From: Lophium mytilinum
Lineage: Eukaryota
Assembly: GCA_010093605.1 (NCBI GenBank)
Contig: MU004189.1
Span: 124,001-177,581, forward strand
Length of the DNA stretch: 53,581 bases
Direction: 5' to 3'
Below the pieces are notes generated by a model. It made no database searches. It was not told where the DNA came from and was given only the letters and a program-made list of their open reading frames with translations. This document shows, in pieces, positions 1 through 12,510 of the stretch (the stretch's first letter is position 1; each line of letters starts with the position of its first letter). Made by a program: the position numbers and the translations under genes.

Positions 1-726
1 AAAGGTGATGGTTTTAATCAGTCGGTAAACTTGCCAGGCCACCTCAGACGGCTGCCAACAGGTGTACACAGAAGGCTGGAAGGTGTGACAACGAGGCTGA
101 CACGAGTGGGGTCTGACGCTGAAATCCAACCACCGTTCGCGAGCGGGCACTAGGCCGAATGTAGCAATACGATGGTGTTGATACACTTCCGTGTCAGACT
201 TCAGCACCACACCTGCTTGCTACTTGCCTGTGTCTCAGCTGTGGCGCCCGTCTGAGACGACGACGACTCGATGAGGGGCCATGCCACCCTCCCAGGCCTG
301 CGGAGGTGCCCGAAGCTGCTTTGAAGCACGCCTTGTGACTGCATCAGAGCAATCAGCTTGGCGCGCCATGTGACGGGCGCTTCGATGCGGCCATGCGGCC
401 ATGCAGCCATGCGACTGACCTCGAATACCCGTTCCGCTCCGGGGATGGACGCTGCCCGGTGTTTCTTCTGCTTCTTCTTCTGCTCTGCTACGTGAGGCTG
501 CCTGGGGACTGTCATTCGGTCGCAGCACTTCGTGGCCAACAGCACCGACACAGACAAAAGCCTCCAGCGCCTGACGCCCAATCCCTGTCGATGCCCACCA
601 AGCCCTGACTTCTCGAATCCCCGCCGAGCCTCACGCATCTTCCCTCCACCGCAACCTCTGCGCCGACTCCCCTCCGCCTTCACCGCTGCCCTCCCTCTCC
701 GCCCTGGCGACTCCGACTGCTCCGGC

Positions 727-2849
727 ATGACTGCTGCGTTCCCGCTGCAGTCCCTACCACCCGCCCCATTCACCGACCTGCCCCGCTCCCCGCCAGATCT
801 GCACCGCAGTGCTATCTCCTCCGCCACCATGAACTCCTTCAACCTCACCTTTGCTCCAAATACCGCCACCAACGGCCACGAAACCCAACAGCGCCACTCC
901 CAGGACTTTCGCTCGCCACCCGCCAACAGCGCCATGCCTGTGACACACCGCAACGGAGCTGTGCCCGTCCCGCACAATCGCGTCGGCAACGGGGGCATGG
1001 GGAACATGCGTGGAGGAGACTTTGGACCGCGGAGTCCGCCAAACAACAAGAGTGAGTAGACACGTCTTGTTAGCCCATACCTCTTGGACCACTAACCCAG
1101 ACGCGCCCAGGTACCTCACACGTGCCCTGCAAATTCTACCGCCAGGGAGCCTGCCAGGCGGGCAAAGCCTGTCCGTTCTTGCACTCCAACGAGCCCACCG
1201 AGAGAGCGCCTTGCAAGTACTTCACTAAAGTGAGTAGCTTGCGATGCTGTTAGGAAGAACTCCAAGCTAATCCCATCCAGGGCAACTGCAAATTTGGCGC
1301 CAAATGCGCCCTCGCCCACATCCTCCCTGACGGCCGCGTAGTCAATAAGCAGGGTTTTGGGGGCGGTGGACATCTCAATCTCGGGGGCAGAGTCAATGTG
1401 CAACACCATGCCGAGCCGCCGCCAGGCACCTCGCTTCTCACCATGCAGGCACACATGGCCCCAATGCAGCCAGCAAACTACGCCTACGGTCAGATGCAGG
1501 AAGATCCATGGAGCCAGCCCCGCCAGGCCGCAAACTACGAGATCCCCACCATCGACACTACCTTCTCGTCGCACCCTGGATCCAACTATGGCTCGCCCCC
1601 GAACGACGGCGGCCTGTTACCCATATCCCCAGCGCAGAAGGGCCGGAGCGTTCTGGATGCCCCGCTTCCAGCCTCCTTCGACAGCCAGGGCATCTCGCAC
1701 ATGGCGCGTTTTGGTCCTCTCGCTGCGTCTGTGCCATCTAGATTCGGGCTTGGATCCTCGCCTCCATCCTCATATCCGGAGAAGAGCATCGGCGACTCTC
1801 CCGCACTCCGAAACCTTCACAACTCCGCATTTGGCGACGACTCCCGCAACGGTAGGAACGACCTCTTAGGCTCATCACCGCCAGACTCTACCGACCAGCA
1901 GTATGGCCGACGCATCATGCACTCGGAGCGCTTCTCGTCAAGGTCAAAGAACACCCTGTCGACTAGTCTTGGCGCACGACCACCTCGCACTGGATTTGAG
2001 GACTGGGATGCAGATGGAGATGGGCTTATCTTCCCTCATGAGGAAGAGATGCTTCCTAGTACGTTGGGCGAGCTTCTTACCCCACAGGAGAATATGCGCC
2101 GTCAATCACGGGACCATGGCGAGTCGTTTTCCGGATTGGGAGCGTCGCCTGCAGATTCCGGCTCCAAGGTAGGCTCCCCGTCTGCTGCATCATCTTCTCC
2201 GTCACGGTTCCAATCGCTGTTCTCACGTCGGCCCAATGAAGGCGGGGTTGAGAGCGGATCAGGTCCAGGAGGTGCATCTGCGTTTGGTCATGTAGGATCT
2301 CCCCTTCGAAACTCCAGCCTCCATCCCGGCGCTAGCCCGTCGATCCGAGCTACAGCACGCCCTACTTCAGGAGACGGCAGCAGCTTCCTGGCATCGCCCC
2401 CTCGTCAAACAAGCAGCATGGGGCTGCTCGCCCAACAGCTGCAACGCACGCGAATCAACTCCCGAGCTTCAGATGGCTCCGACCACCCCGGAATGGGCAT
2501 GCGTGTCTTGTCTGCTGGTTCCATTGGAAGCTCAGCCGGAGGTCGGATTAGCGTCGATCGCGCTGTGAGCAGCTCGAGTATCAATCGAGAGCGCATTGAC
2601 GAAGAGCAAGGGCTTTTTAGTATGGAGGAAGAAGAAGAGGCGGAGCGCAGCAAGGAGAAGAGCAAGGATGAGCCTACCGTTGGCCCTCTTAGCAGCGCAA
2701 ACCAGAAGCGGTTGTCAGGCGGGAACGACCCCTGGGCAGCTTACAGCCGGTCACCGCCAGGTTTGGGCCCTATCGGCGGACAGAGGGCTTCGAGTGGCAC
2801 CGTGGGGAGCTTAGGGAAGAGCAACCGTACCTGGAACACGAACGCCTGA
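727..2849 (+). CDS. Tandem CCCH zinc-finger protein (Scp3/Lee1-like); exons 727-1051, 1111-1229, 1281-2849
   Basis: Removing introns 1052-1110 (GTGAGT..CTAAC..CAG) and 1230-1280 (GTGAGT..GCTAAT..CAG) restores HVPCKFYRQGACQAGKACPFLH and PCKYFTKGNCKFGAKCALAH (two CCCH fingers), in frame with the Ser/Pro-rich ORF ending at 2849. The start could also be the in-frame ATG at 829. Confidence 0.85.
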
Positions 2850-4845
2850 TGAGGAGTCAATATCGCGATCTTGACCTGGATATCAGGACATCACTTCGCC
2901 GAATTCGCCTAACCTATCCTATCCCATCTCATCCATCAGGGGCAACTCTCTGGCAAATCTGTATATATCGGAGTAAAACGAACAAACGAGCACTGAACTC
3001 GACCGACACACGGGGGGGGGGCGGAGTGTGTACGGAACCTCACGGCCAATTAACGAAGAAAAACCATTAAAATACGGAAAACCTCATCATCTTAGCACTC
3101 ATACCCCATGCCCCTTTATCGACATTACCCTTTTCCTTTTTCCCTCTTTCCCTTTTTTTCTTCTGCTTTCCCGGCTTTGCGGCACTGGGGGCGCTCCCCA
3201 GCAGCAAATAGCATGCCTGGCGTTAGGGGAGTTTTCTTCTTTCTTCTAATTGTTTTTTTTGGGCGGGCTTTGGGGCATGGCACAGGGTTGCGGTACACCA
3301 CACGACGACCGATCTAACCAAGGTTTCACTGAATCTGGCGGGGGGTGGGTGGGGGGGCAGAGTTTCAGTTCTCGGTTTTTGAAAAAATACCGAGCTGTTT
3401 TTTGGGAGGGGATCTTGGGCGAGCATTTTCCGTGGACGGGCCTGGTTCATGGCTTTCTTTTTTTGCTTCTTTTTGAGGGGTTTTTTGGGGGGGCTGTAGG
3501 TAGATAACCGATTTGAGGTGTTGAGGATTAGACTATGCGAGTGGTTGACTTGAATTAGCGGGGGGGTTAATGTAGAATTTTTTTGAGAGAGAGTGAGTGC
3601 GGAAGATTTGGCTTGGTGGTGGTGTGAATGGTGATGATATGTGGTGCCATGGGGGTTGCTGATGTATCCTGCACGAGTTTGCCGCTGTCTGAGACGCCTT
3701 GCAGGAATATTAACTTCGTGGATGAGAGGGGAAAAGGGGGTTTGGACGGCTGGGAAAGGTGTGGGGATGCTGCAGACGGCGGCGGAATGGTGTAGGGAAA
3801 TTGGAAGGCCTTCCGATTGTTTTGGAGTGTGCCGGGGCTCCATTACAGAGCGGGAAAGGGGAGAAGTGGCTAGGGCGAGGTGTTGTGCACTAGTCTACGA
3901 ATGCGTGGAGTGCTTCAATGAGGTTTCACGCAGCGCAAGGGGATGAGCTTTTGCCTTGACTAAATTTAGGAAAATGCGTTGGAGCGCCCGAGCACTGGAA
4001 GATGGCTTAGAAATAACTCTGAGAAGAGTGATGGATGAGTGTGCAGCTTTTCAGGCAGAGCGGGACGTGGAGAGGCTGGCGATCGTGACGGAGATTTGGT
4101 GCTGTGGGGGCTTAGGGGATGTGAAGGTTTAGATGGACGCCCTTTGTTGTTGTAGTCGCATATTCAATGCACTGTTCCAATTACCTTACTAGCTAGGTTA
4201 AGTAATTCTGACTTTCGAGATGTGAGGTAGTATTGTAAATACATGACCTCTACGATAGCTCTACTTTCTCCCCGCAATTCATGGATTACAAGACCTGGTA
4301 TAGCTATGAAAGCAGCTTTTATTCAAAGTTTGTGGTTGTAAGCGGAACTATAGCTGCGCATATCCCTCCAATATGTATTTCATATTGTAGATTTGCAATA
4401 TGAGTAGAAGTAATCCTAAGTCTGAGGTTGTGCGCTCCAAAACGTGGGAGAGTAGCAAAACGGGGTCTTACTAAGTCACCACTAACAACACATTTCAAAG
4501 TATTGTCTTAGCCACCACAAGACTAAATGTTTCAAGAGAGTGCATTTATGTCGTTGGCTCGCACGAAGTATCTTGTAAAACATGGTGGGTGGGCCGGCGC
4601 AATTTTGGGATCTTAGCGTTCTTGATTGGGAAGTAGTCAACCACGGTAGAGCGCTCTTACTTCTGCTGTTCATGATTAGGAAGCCGGATGTCAACCATGG
4701 GAGCGCTCTGCCCTCGCTTCTGCTGCAGCACAAAAGCTCCCTCCAACTCAGTGCCACCTCATCTACTTCCACAGTACTTCCGCTACAGCACTAAGTCACC
4801 TCCCACAACCAGTCTCCGTCTAAGTCCTAGAACTCCAACATTACG

Positions 4846-6672
4846 ATGGACTTTGAACGCCCTCTTTTTGCGGGTACGACAATACCCGTGCGTCTAGCTC
4901 CGACGACTATAGAAGACCTCCCAGACGAAATCCTGATCAAAATCATGTCGAACTTCAGGGTAGGACATCAGAATCCTGCACACATCACTGAACGTGACGG
5001 AGCGAGTCAACAACTCGAAATTCAACACCGGGCAACCCTGTTACTCGTATCACAGGTATCCAGAAAGTTTAAAAACTGTGCGCAAGAGATCCTGTTCCAG
5101 GATGTCGGTGTCGGACTGACGGATAACGGTGATATTATCAAGAAGTATGAGGAGCCAAAGCGGCTTGCAATGCTGTTCGACGTCCTGCGCCGTAACCCAG
5201 GACTTGCGAGGAAGGTGAATATACTGCATTTGCATGTTTTGAGTCCTACGGTTTTGAAGAGGAGGGGGGCTAGGGAGGAGGGCCGAAGGGCGGCGGTGGA
5301 ATGGATCATACCGGACCTGACAGTGCACATCCACGGCCTTGTCGGCATTCCCGACGATATGAGAAAGACTTGGCTGGAGATGCTAAGCGGCGACTTCTAC
5401 CACGAGGCACTGGCTGCTGGACTTCTGTCGGTTATACCGAATTTGCAGAAGCTCTTTGTGCGCGCCACTTATACGCTACCTCTCCTGTCGACACTGGCAC
5501 AACTCACCTCAATGCCAATCTTAGGAACTTTAAGACATCTCAGACTCACGATCGAGAAATGCGAGAGGGCTACCTATTTTCGCCAGGCCACGGGACTGGA
5601 CCTCACTGCGTCGCTGGTATATCTGCCGCGCTTGTGGACGCTCACATGCAACGCTGACACCGAACACGGGTCTTTACACCATATCGGTCACCGAAACCTC
5701 AGCCCAAATCTCACAGAGCTTACGGTTTTTGGAGGTATTACGGGGAAACAATTTGCGTCTGTTCTTGGTGGGTTCAAGGGATTGATTATGTTTGATTGGA
5801 TACCACATCCAATCCAAAGGGCCGCTTACTATGAGGATGATGAGGAGAACGATGGAGAATATAGGGATGATGAAGAAGACGATGATGATGACAGCGGCCG
5901 ATGGGGACCACAAGCAGGCCTGGGAACACTAATCGAAGCTTTGGAGGCGCACCGCGAAACGCTACGCCTGATCAGGATAGGGTACTCGGGGGCAAGAGAT
6001 TTCTGGAGCATCATGGATTCCCGGAACGTCAAAGCCCCGTCTTTTGCTGCGTTCGAGCGGCTTGAATGGCTTATCATCGATTGCAGCTGCTTGCTCAATT
6101 GCAACGGGCTGGCCCTCTCCCCGGAAAGACTAGCGGAGAGGCTTGCGCGTGCGCTACCAAGGTCGCTCCAGATGTTGGAGCTGGGCAATTATAAAAACAT
6201 ATTCACCCGGCATGGCAGGTACAATCTCCTCATGGAGCCGCTGGAGGCACTTATCCCGTGGCTGGACGAAGAGCAATACCCGAATCTGAGAACGATCCGA
6301 TTCGACCCTTATTACAGGGAAGCTATGGAGATCACAGGGAAGAAAAAAAAGGAGGTATGGCAGAAGCAGATTATGAAGTATGATCTGTTTGAAAAGTTTG
6401 GGAGTGTCGGAATCATTTTTATTCCATGGTACTTCGGTTATACAGACGAAGGCGTCGCTCCCTCTTGGTGGGATTGGTTCGTTGCGTTTGCGCATAAACT
6501 TTGGTTGTATAGGTTGATCTTTTCTACAGGCGTAATTGGGTTCGTAATTGGGTTTGTTGTGGCACCGATGGTGAATATTTCCACTCCGCTTCTCTTGGTT
6601 TGTTTGAGAACCTTGAACCTGGGTAACATCTTTCATTTTGAACTCAATGGTTTGCGCGGTGGGGAGACTTGA
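4846..6672 (+). CDS. F-box domain protein with degenerate LRR-like repeats and a hydrophobic C-terminal tail
   Basis: Intronless 608-aa ORF; N-terminal TIEDLPDEILIKIMSNF...LLLVSQVSRKFKNCAQEILF F-box pattern; repeated LxxLxL segments (LPRLWTLTC, SPNLTELTV, FERLEWLII, PRSLQMLEL, YPNLRTIRF). Confidence 0.75.
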   Translation: MDFERPLFAGTTIPVRLAPTTIEDLPDEILIKIMSNFRVGHQNPAHITERDGASQQLEIQHRATLLLVSQVSRKFKNCAQEILFQDVGVGLTDNGDIIKKYEEPKRLAMLFDVLRRNPGLARKVNILHLHVLSPTVLKRRGAREEGRRAAVEWIIPDLTVHIHGLVGIPDDMRKTWLEMLSGDFYHEALAAGLLSVIPNLQKLFVRATYTLPLLSTLAQLTSMPILGTLRHLRLTIEKCERATYFRQATGLDLTASLVYLPRLWTLTCNADTEHGSLHHIGHRNLSPNLTELTVFGGITGKQFASVLGGFKGLIMFDWIPHPIQRAAYYEDDEENDGEYRDDEEDDDDDSGRWGPQAGLGTLIEALEAHRETLRLIRIGYSGARDFWSIMDSRNVKAPSFAAFERLEWLIIDCSCLLNCNGLALSPERLAERLARALPRSLQMLELGNYKNIFTRHGRYNLLMEPLEALIPWLDEEQYPNLRTIRFDPYYREAMEITGKKKKEVWQKQIMKYDLFEKFGSVGIIFIPWYFGYTDEGVAPSWWDWFVAFAHKLWLYRLIFSTGVIGFVIGFVVAPMVNISTPLLLVCLRTLNLGNIFHFELNGLRGGET

Positions 6673-7938
6673 TCCGAGACGACGGTTCAGAGTGAAAGAG
6701 AGTTGAGAATGAGGTACCATGAAAGGCATGCTTTCCACGTAGATAAAGCTTTATCCAGTCATTATACCCTTCGAGAGCAGTAAGACGTGCGACTCAAAAA
6801 AGAGTTCATGTCTGTAACAGTGTCCGACTGCGTTGGAAAGGTCCTCGTGGTATCGTGAAATTCTTTTCACGTTGAACTAAGTCGTGAAGCTGTACAATGG
6901 GTCCGAAGCATCCTTCGAACTTCCTAGCTAGGAAACTTTTCCATGACGGAGAGGCGGCTCTTGCGAGGGTACGCAGTTTGCGACGGTGTTATTGCCCCAA
7001 AGAAGACAGTATTTGGGCTTCCCCGATGAAGAGACAGAGCTGTGGGGTGCATAGGACAACATGTAATACAGGTCGATAGGACAGTGGATGCCGTTCGGGT
7101 GGACATGCCTGTTGCTGCTAGTCATCACAGGCTTCAAGGTGCTATGCGGGGCACGAAGAGGGGAGTAAGCTTGGCAGTGAATCATGGAATGAGGGTCCAA
7201 GGGATATTGGAGTTGGCGACAGGGTGGGAGCGTTAAAAGGGGCGCCCTTAGCCTGAGTCTGTGCTCTCGAACCACGGCTAATACTAAGAATCTCATAGGT
7301 ACATTTTAGATAGTTAGACCTCATGCCCTCGAAGATTGCAGATAGAATAGTCCAGGATGTCTTGATATAGCATTTCAAGCTGTGTATACCAGGGCCAGCT
7401 ACCAATGTCTACATCCACTCAGCGCTCCTCGATCCCCCATCACGCTTCTCCCCATTAGAATGCCCATCCAGCGCGAAAATACCCGACGCAGCAAACCCAC
7501 AGCGGGGCCGTTATCGACCAGCACACCATATCTGTCTCTGTCATCGGCTTCTCCCACTCCCCACCAACCGCCCGTCCAGGCTGCATGAGGCAGGCCGATG
7601 CGGTCCCCGAAAAGCAACGCCGCATTCTGCAGAGTATCAAACATTGCCCATCGGCGGAGTTACGGGTCCGTTGCGCAGCCCGCGACGTCAGTTGTTGTAC
7701 GAGCTGCTGCAAGGCCTGGACGCGCTTGGGGTCTCTTTTCTCTTATCGCGGCGGAGGTCTAGCCCGTAAAAGAGACTTGAACTACCTACTTCTCGCATAC
7801 ACGTCTCTCTTATACAAATACCTGCCGACTCCCCTTCCAGCTTCCCTTCCCTCTGAATTCTTCACTTCCAGGGTCATTTGAGGAGCTTCGTCCGCTTCGT
7901 ATCCTGTGCAAGTCGTTCTCCCAACTCACCCTCGCATC

Positions 7939-10125
7939 ATGTCCACCGAAACTGTCGCCACCGCTCCGGCGGTCTTCTCCGCCAAGCAAAGCGTCTCCCA
8001 CCCACTTGCTCCTTTGAATGCGTCCGAGATCACAGCTGCGTCGGGTCTGATCAAGGCATCGTGGCCAGCGCACACAGATTTGCAATTCAAGGCGGTTACG
8101 CTAGAGGAGCCGCCCAAGTCTGAGGTTTTGCCGTATCTGGAGGCGGAGCACAGTGGCAAACCACTACCGAGGGTCAGCAGGAAGGCGTTCGTGAACTATT
8201 ACATTCGCAACACTGTGAGTAGATAGCTAATGAGTATCTGTACGAGGCACGAAGCTGATTCACGTAGAACAAATTTCATGAAGCGGTCGTGGATTTGGCG
8301 TCAGGAAGGGTGCTACGAAATGTGCTACTAGGGCCAAACTTCCACGCTGGTGGAGATGGGGAGGAAATCATGAAGGTTGAGCAGATAGCGCTTGAGGACG
8401 AAGGGGTAAAGGCTGAGATTGCGAAATTGAAGCTGCCGGAGGGGACTGTCATTATCAGCGACCCTTGGATTTACGGTATGTGCAGCAAATGCAAACGTCT
8501 GGAGATATCATTAACTCGAAACAGGATCTGATGGTGTCAATGACGACGCTCGCATGTATCAATGCTTTCTGTATATTAGGGATCCGTTGAACTCGGCTGA
8601 AGCTGACTCCAACCACTACGCTCTTCCGATTCCGATCTCCCCGGTCATCACAACAGAGGATATGAGCGTGGTCCGGATCGACATTCTACCAACTGGTGTC
8701 GACAACACTATCAAGGAGCTTGAGCCGTACCAGATCAAGCCGCCGAATGAGTATCTGCCCGAGCACCAGAAACTGAGGACCGATCTCAAGCCACTAAACG
8801 TGGTTCAACCCGAGGGAGCAAGCTTCAACGTCACGCAAGAAGGAACGTCGAGTGTGCTCACGTGGCAGAAGTGGCAGTTCCGAGTGGGCTTCAATCAACG
8901 GGAGGGCATGGTCCTCTACGATGTCCGCTATGACAACCGCACTCTCTTCTACCGCCTCTCCCTCTCAGACATGAACATCCCCTACGCTGACCCACGCCAC
9001 CCTTACCACAAGAAGTCGGCATTCGATCTTGGCGATGTCGGCGCGGGTATCATGGCGAACAACCTCAAACTCGGTTGTGATTGCCTAGGCTCCATCTACT
9101 ATCTCGACGCTGTGCTCTCTGATGACAAAGGCGGCGTGACCCCGATGGAGAACGTCGTATGCATCCATGAGCAAGACGCTGGCATCGGGTGGAAGCACAC
9201 CAACTACCGGACAGGGCGAGCAGCCGTCGTGCGGTCTCGCGAATTGGTTCTCCAATCCATCATCACAGTCGCCAACTACGAGTACATCCTAGCGTTCCAG
9301 TTCAACCAGGCCGGGGAATGCAACTATGAAGTCCGAGCTACCGGCATTCTTAGCACACAGCCCATCGACGAGGGCGTCGAAGTGCCCTTCGGCACGGTCG
9401 TCCACCCGGGCGTATTGGCTACCCACCACCAGCACATCTTCTCTCTGCGGGTTGACCCTATGCTCGATGGCTACCTAAACCGCGTGACCTACGACGAAGC
9501 CCTACCGATGCCCCGCTCAGACTTCAACCCCCACGGCACCGGCTACTACGTCCAGGAAACCGTCATCGACCAATCTGGCGGCTTCGATCTAGACTACGAC
9601 AAGAATCGTATCTTCAAGATTCAGAACCCCGCTGTCCGTAACCCTATCAACGGCAAACCGGTTGCGTACAAGATTATGGCGCCGCCCTTCCAGAAGATGC
9701 TCGCAGACAAGGACTCGTTCAACCACAAGCGCGCGGAGTTTGCAGATCACAACATTTACGTTGTCAAGCACCACGACGACGAGCTTTTCGCCGGCGGCAA
9801 GTACACGAACCAATCTCGCGGTGGCCACGGGGTGCGTGCGTGGGCAGACCGCAAGGAATCCGTAAAGGACGAGGATGTGGTGGTTTTCGTGCAGTTTGGC
9901 ATCAACCACGTTCCACGGATCGAGGACTTCCCAGTTATGCCGTGCGAAATTCTGAAGATTCACATGAAGCCGGTAAACTTCTTCGACAAGAACCCGGCGC
10001 TGGATGTGCCGCCGAGTGAGCAGAGTTTCAACAAGAGCACATTGGTCAGTCAAGCGCATCAGCAGTCGGGGGCGGAGGCAACGGTGGGGGCTAAGGGAGA
10101 GGTGTGTTGCTCGAGCAAGTTATAG
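7939..10125 (+). CDS. Peroxisomal copper amine oxidase; exons 7939-8214, 8268-8475, 8525-10125
   Basis: TPQ consensus TVANYEY, catalytic-base region SAFDLGD, Cu-ligand motifs HQH and NHVPRIEDFPVMP, C-terminal SKL (PTS1). Introns 8215-8267 and 8476-8524 have GT..AG ends and preserve frame (RNT|NKF; WIYG|SDG). Confidence 0.95.
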
Positions 10126-10492
10126 ACAAAGGAGATGAAGGGTGGGAAGGAGGAGCATGGTGCTGGTTTGAGGAACGATTTAATGGATGTAATTGCATGA
10201 AAGATATGACCGATCATTCGACATTTCTGGAGCGTATGTCATAACTCAATACGACTGGAACTTGCCACCTTACCTGAAGACGCATCTGAAATTTCTGACT
10301 GAAGTTTTTGAGCGATGAACTGTCTTTGAGATGAATCGTGTGAGACAGAGACCTCTGTCACGTGTGTGATCCGTGCCCATAAAGCCTCGTCTTCGCCAGT
10401 TCGAGCTCTTCTGTTCATGCCCTCACACTTCGACACAATCCTGCTCCTCAACGACTAAATCGCATATTATACTCGAAACTAGGACCACAGTG

Positions 10493-11527
10493 ATGCCTCC
10501 AGCTCCAAACGACAAGGCAGGCAAGGTCGTGTTTATCGGGAACATCCCATACGGTGAGGAGTATCTGGCGGAACGGGGACAAGGTCTGCGCGCGCGCATA
10601 GCAAACTCCAGTGAAACTTGCAGCACAGATCCTCCCTAATTCCGCGCATTCACCAAAGTTACTAGCGCTTATAAACTGGCAGGCGGAACCGAAGAACTGA
10701 TCATCGACACCCTCACCCGCGTAGGCCAGGTTGTCAACTTCAGACTCGTCTACGACAAAGACACCGGCCGACCAAAGGGCTTTGGATTCGCCGAATTCGC
10801 AGACGCGGACGCCGCCGCATCTGCTGTCAGGAATCTCAACGACTACGACGTCATGGGCAGGAAGCTGAGGGTGGACTGGTCGAACGACAATGGAGCTGGC
10901 GACGCTGCGCCGGCGGGATACACTCCAGCGCCTCTACCTACAAACGGCCAGGAGCTGGTTCAGCCTCCGCAGGCGAGCTCTCTTCCCCCTCTACCACCAG
11001 GCACCGACCTGCAGCCTGGTCTGAGTGCCCCCGATGCCATCTCGCGAACCCTCTCGACGCTGCCACCGGCGCAGCTCCTCGACATCCTCTCACAAATGAA
11101 GGGCTTGGTGATGTCGGACCCCGCAAAGGCGACGGAGCTTCTGAGACAGGCGCCACAGCTCTCCTATGCCATCTTCCAGTCTCTGCTCCTCCTCAACCTC
11201 GTCGACACCAGTGTCCTCACGACCATCATCGATCCTAACCAGGCTGCGGCTCCCACTCCAGCGCCCCCGCCACAACCGCCGGTGCAGCAGCTACCCCACG
11301 GCTTCCCTGGATACCCACCGGCACCCGTCCCGACTCCGCCAGTCTATCAGCCTCCGATGCCTGCCGTGGCGCCTCCGCAGGGTGCCGCCCCGAGCAAGGA
11401 GGACCTTATACGGCAAGTCATGAGCCTGTCGCAGCAGCAGATCGACGTGATGGAGCCGGCGACTCGACAGCAGATTATGATGCTCAGACAGACCTTGATG
11501 TCTGGACAGCGGCCCCCAGGATTCTAG
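10493..11527 (+). CDS. RNA15: Cleavage/polyadenylation factor Rna15 / CstF-64 homolog; exons 10493-10553, 10683-11527
   Basis: RRM with RNP2 VFIGNIPY and RNP1 KGFGFAEF, joined across intron 10554-10682; hinge domain ISRTLSTLPPAQLLDILSQMK..LLRQAPQLSYAIFQSLLLL; C-terminal LIRQVMSLSQQQID..RQQIMMLR domain. Confidence 0.92.
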
Positions 11528-11624
11528 ACGCGTCGGCATCTCTGTTGCCGTCCTCATCCTACCCTCTGAAGCACCTCATCCCCTCATCATAATTGGCAAA
11601 ACGTCTATCCAACACATAGGATAC

Positions 11625-11674
11625 ACTACATGCCTTCCTCCATTATGATATACTACATACCTTCCTCCATTATG
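11625..11674. repeat. 27-bp tandem duplication downstream of RNA15
   Basis: actacatgccttcctccattatg at 11625 and actacataccttcctccattatg at 11652. Confidence 0.8.
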
Positions 11675-12510
11675 GTGAACAAAGACCCAAACAGCTTCCG
11701 CTACCATGCGGCCAAGCAGGTGGAACGTGCAGCCCAAAACCGGACCGAAAGGACCCCTACAGAAGGACGGAAAAGTTTTTGGCATGATTGCCCCGGCTCG
11801 TACAGCTCCGCAGTTTCGGATTGCTACGTCTGAGGTGCTCAGCGCGTCCACAGGATGTGGAAAAGATATGGTTCTATCAACATTGGCCGCGGTTCGGCTG
11901 CCGTCTAGCTGCTGATTGGCTGGCGCTCCCTGGCATACAAAGGCTGGCGGTGGCGTACCCGTCTTTCATCAGTCAACAATCAACTCTAAATCAAAGTCAT
12001 CCTGTGTTGTTTGTTTACTGCGTGAAGTCTGCCGTGATGCTGAACTGTATATTGCTGAATTGAGCCCAATTAATCACGGCAGGGCTATGCGAACGAGCTC
12101 CTCGGGCCTCAGCTGGGATGGGATCGATCGCCCCGCTGTCCCACGATGTGATTCGCGGTGGCTGGGTGGCGGATCCTCTTCCCAGCTGTTGTATAGGTAG
12201 GGCCCAAGACCTCATCAACACCGCAGCGCTGCCCGCCTTCATCATCACACCTCGCCGCCCGGCGCTTTCCATCTCTCGCGCGCGCGGTTTCGATTGCCAG
12301 CATAGCGAGCGATTCTCTGCATTCCTCTGTACCATATGACGGCCTGACGACGTGACGACTCTGCCTCGCGCGATACCCTTGCGCTACTGCTTTCTGGGAG
12401 CCACCGACTTTTGCGATCGACGATAAATCCAGCTCCATCGTTACACAACCAGCTCACCACACCTCGAGCGCCCCAAATACTGCCCCGACACCCCCGACTA
12501 CAGCATCATC

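Noticed and set aside
201..1049. 282-aa minus-strand ORF
   Set aside because: Antisense to the GC-rich 5' region of the CCCH gene; no recognisable domain.
4636..4726. Imperfect direct repeat (gtcaaccayg..gagcgctct..cttctgctg) upstream of the F-box gene
   Set aside because: Two short degenerate copies with no assignable function.
6700..7900. Short ORFs and scattered GATA-like sites upstream of the amine oxidase
   Set aside because: ORFs are short with no coding signature; the GATA motifs are few and could occur by chance.
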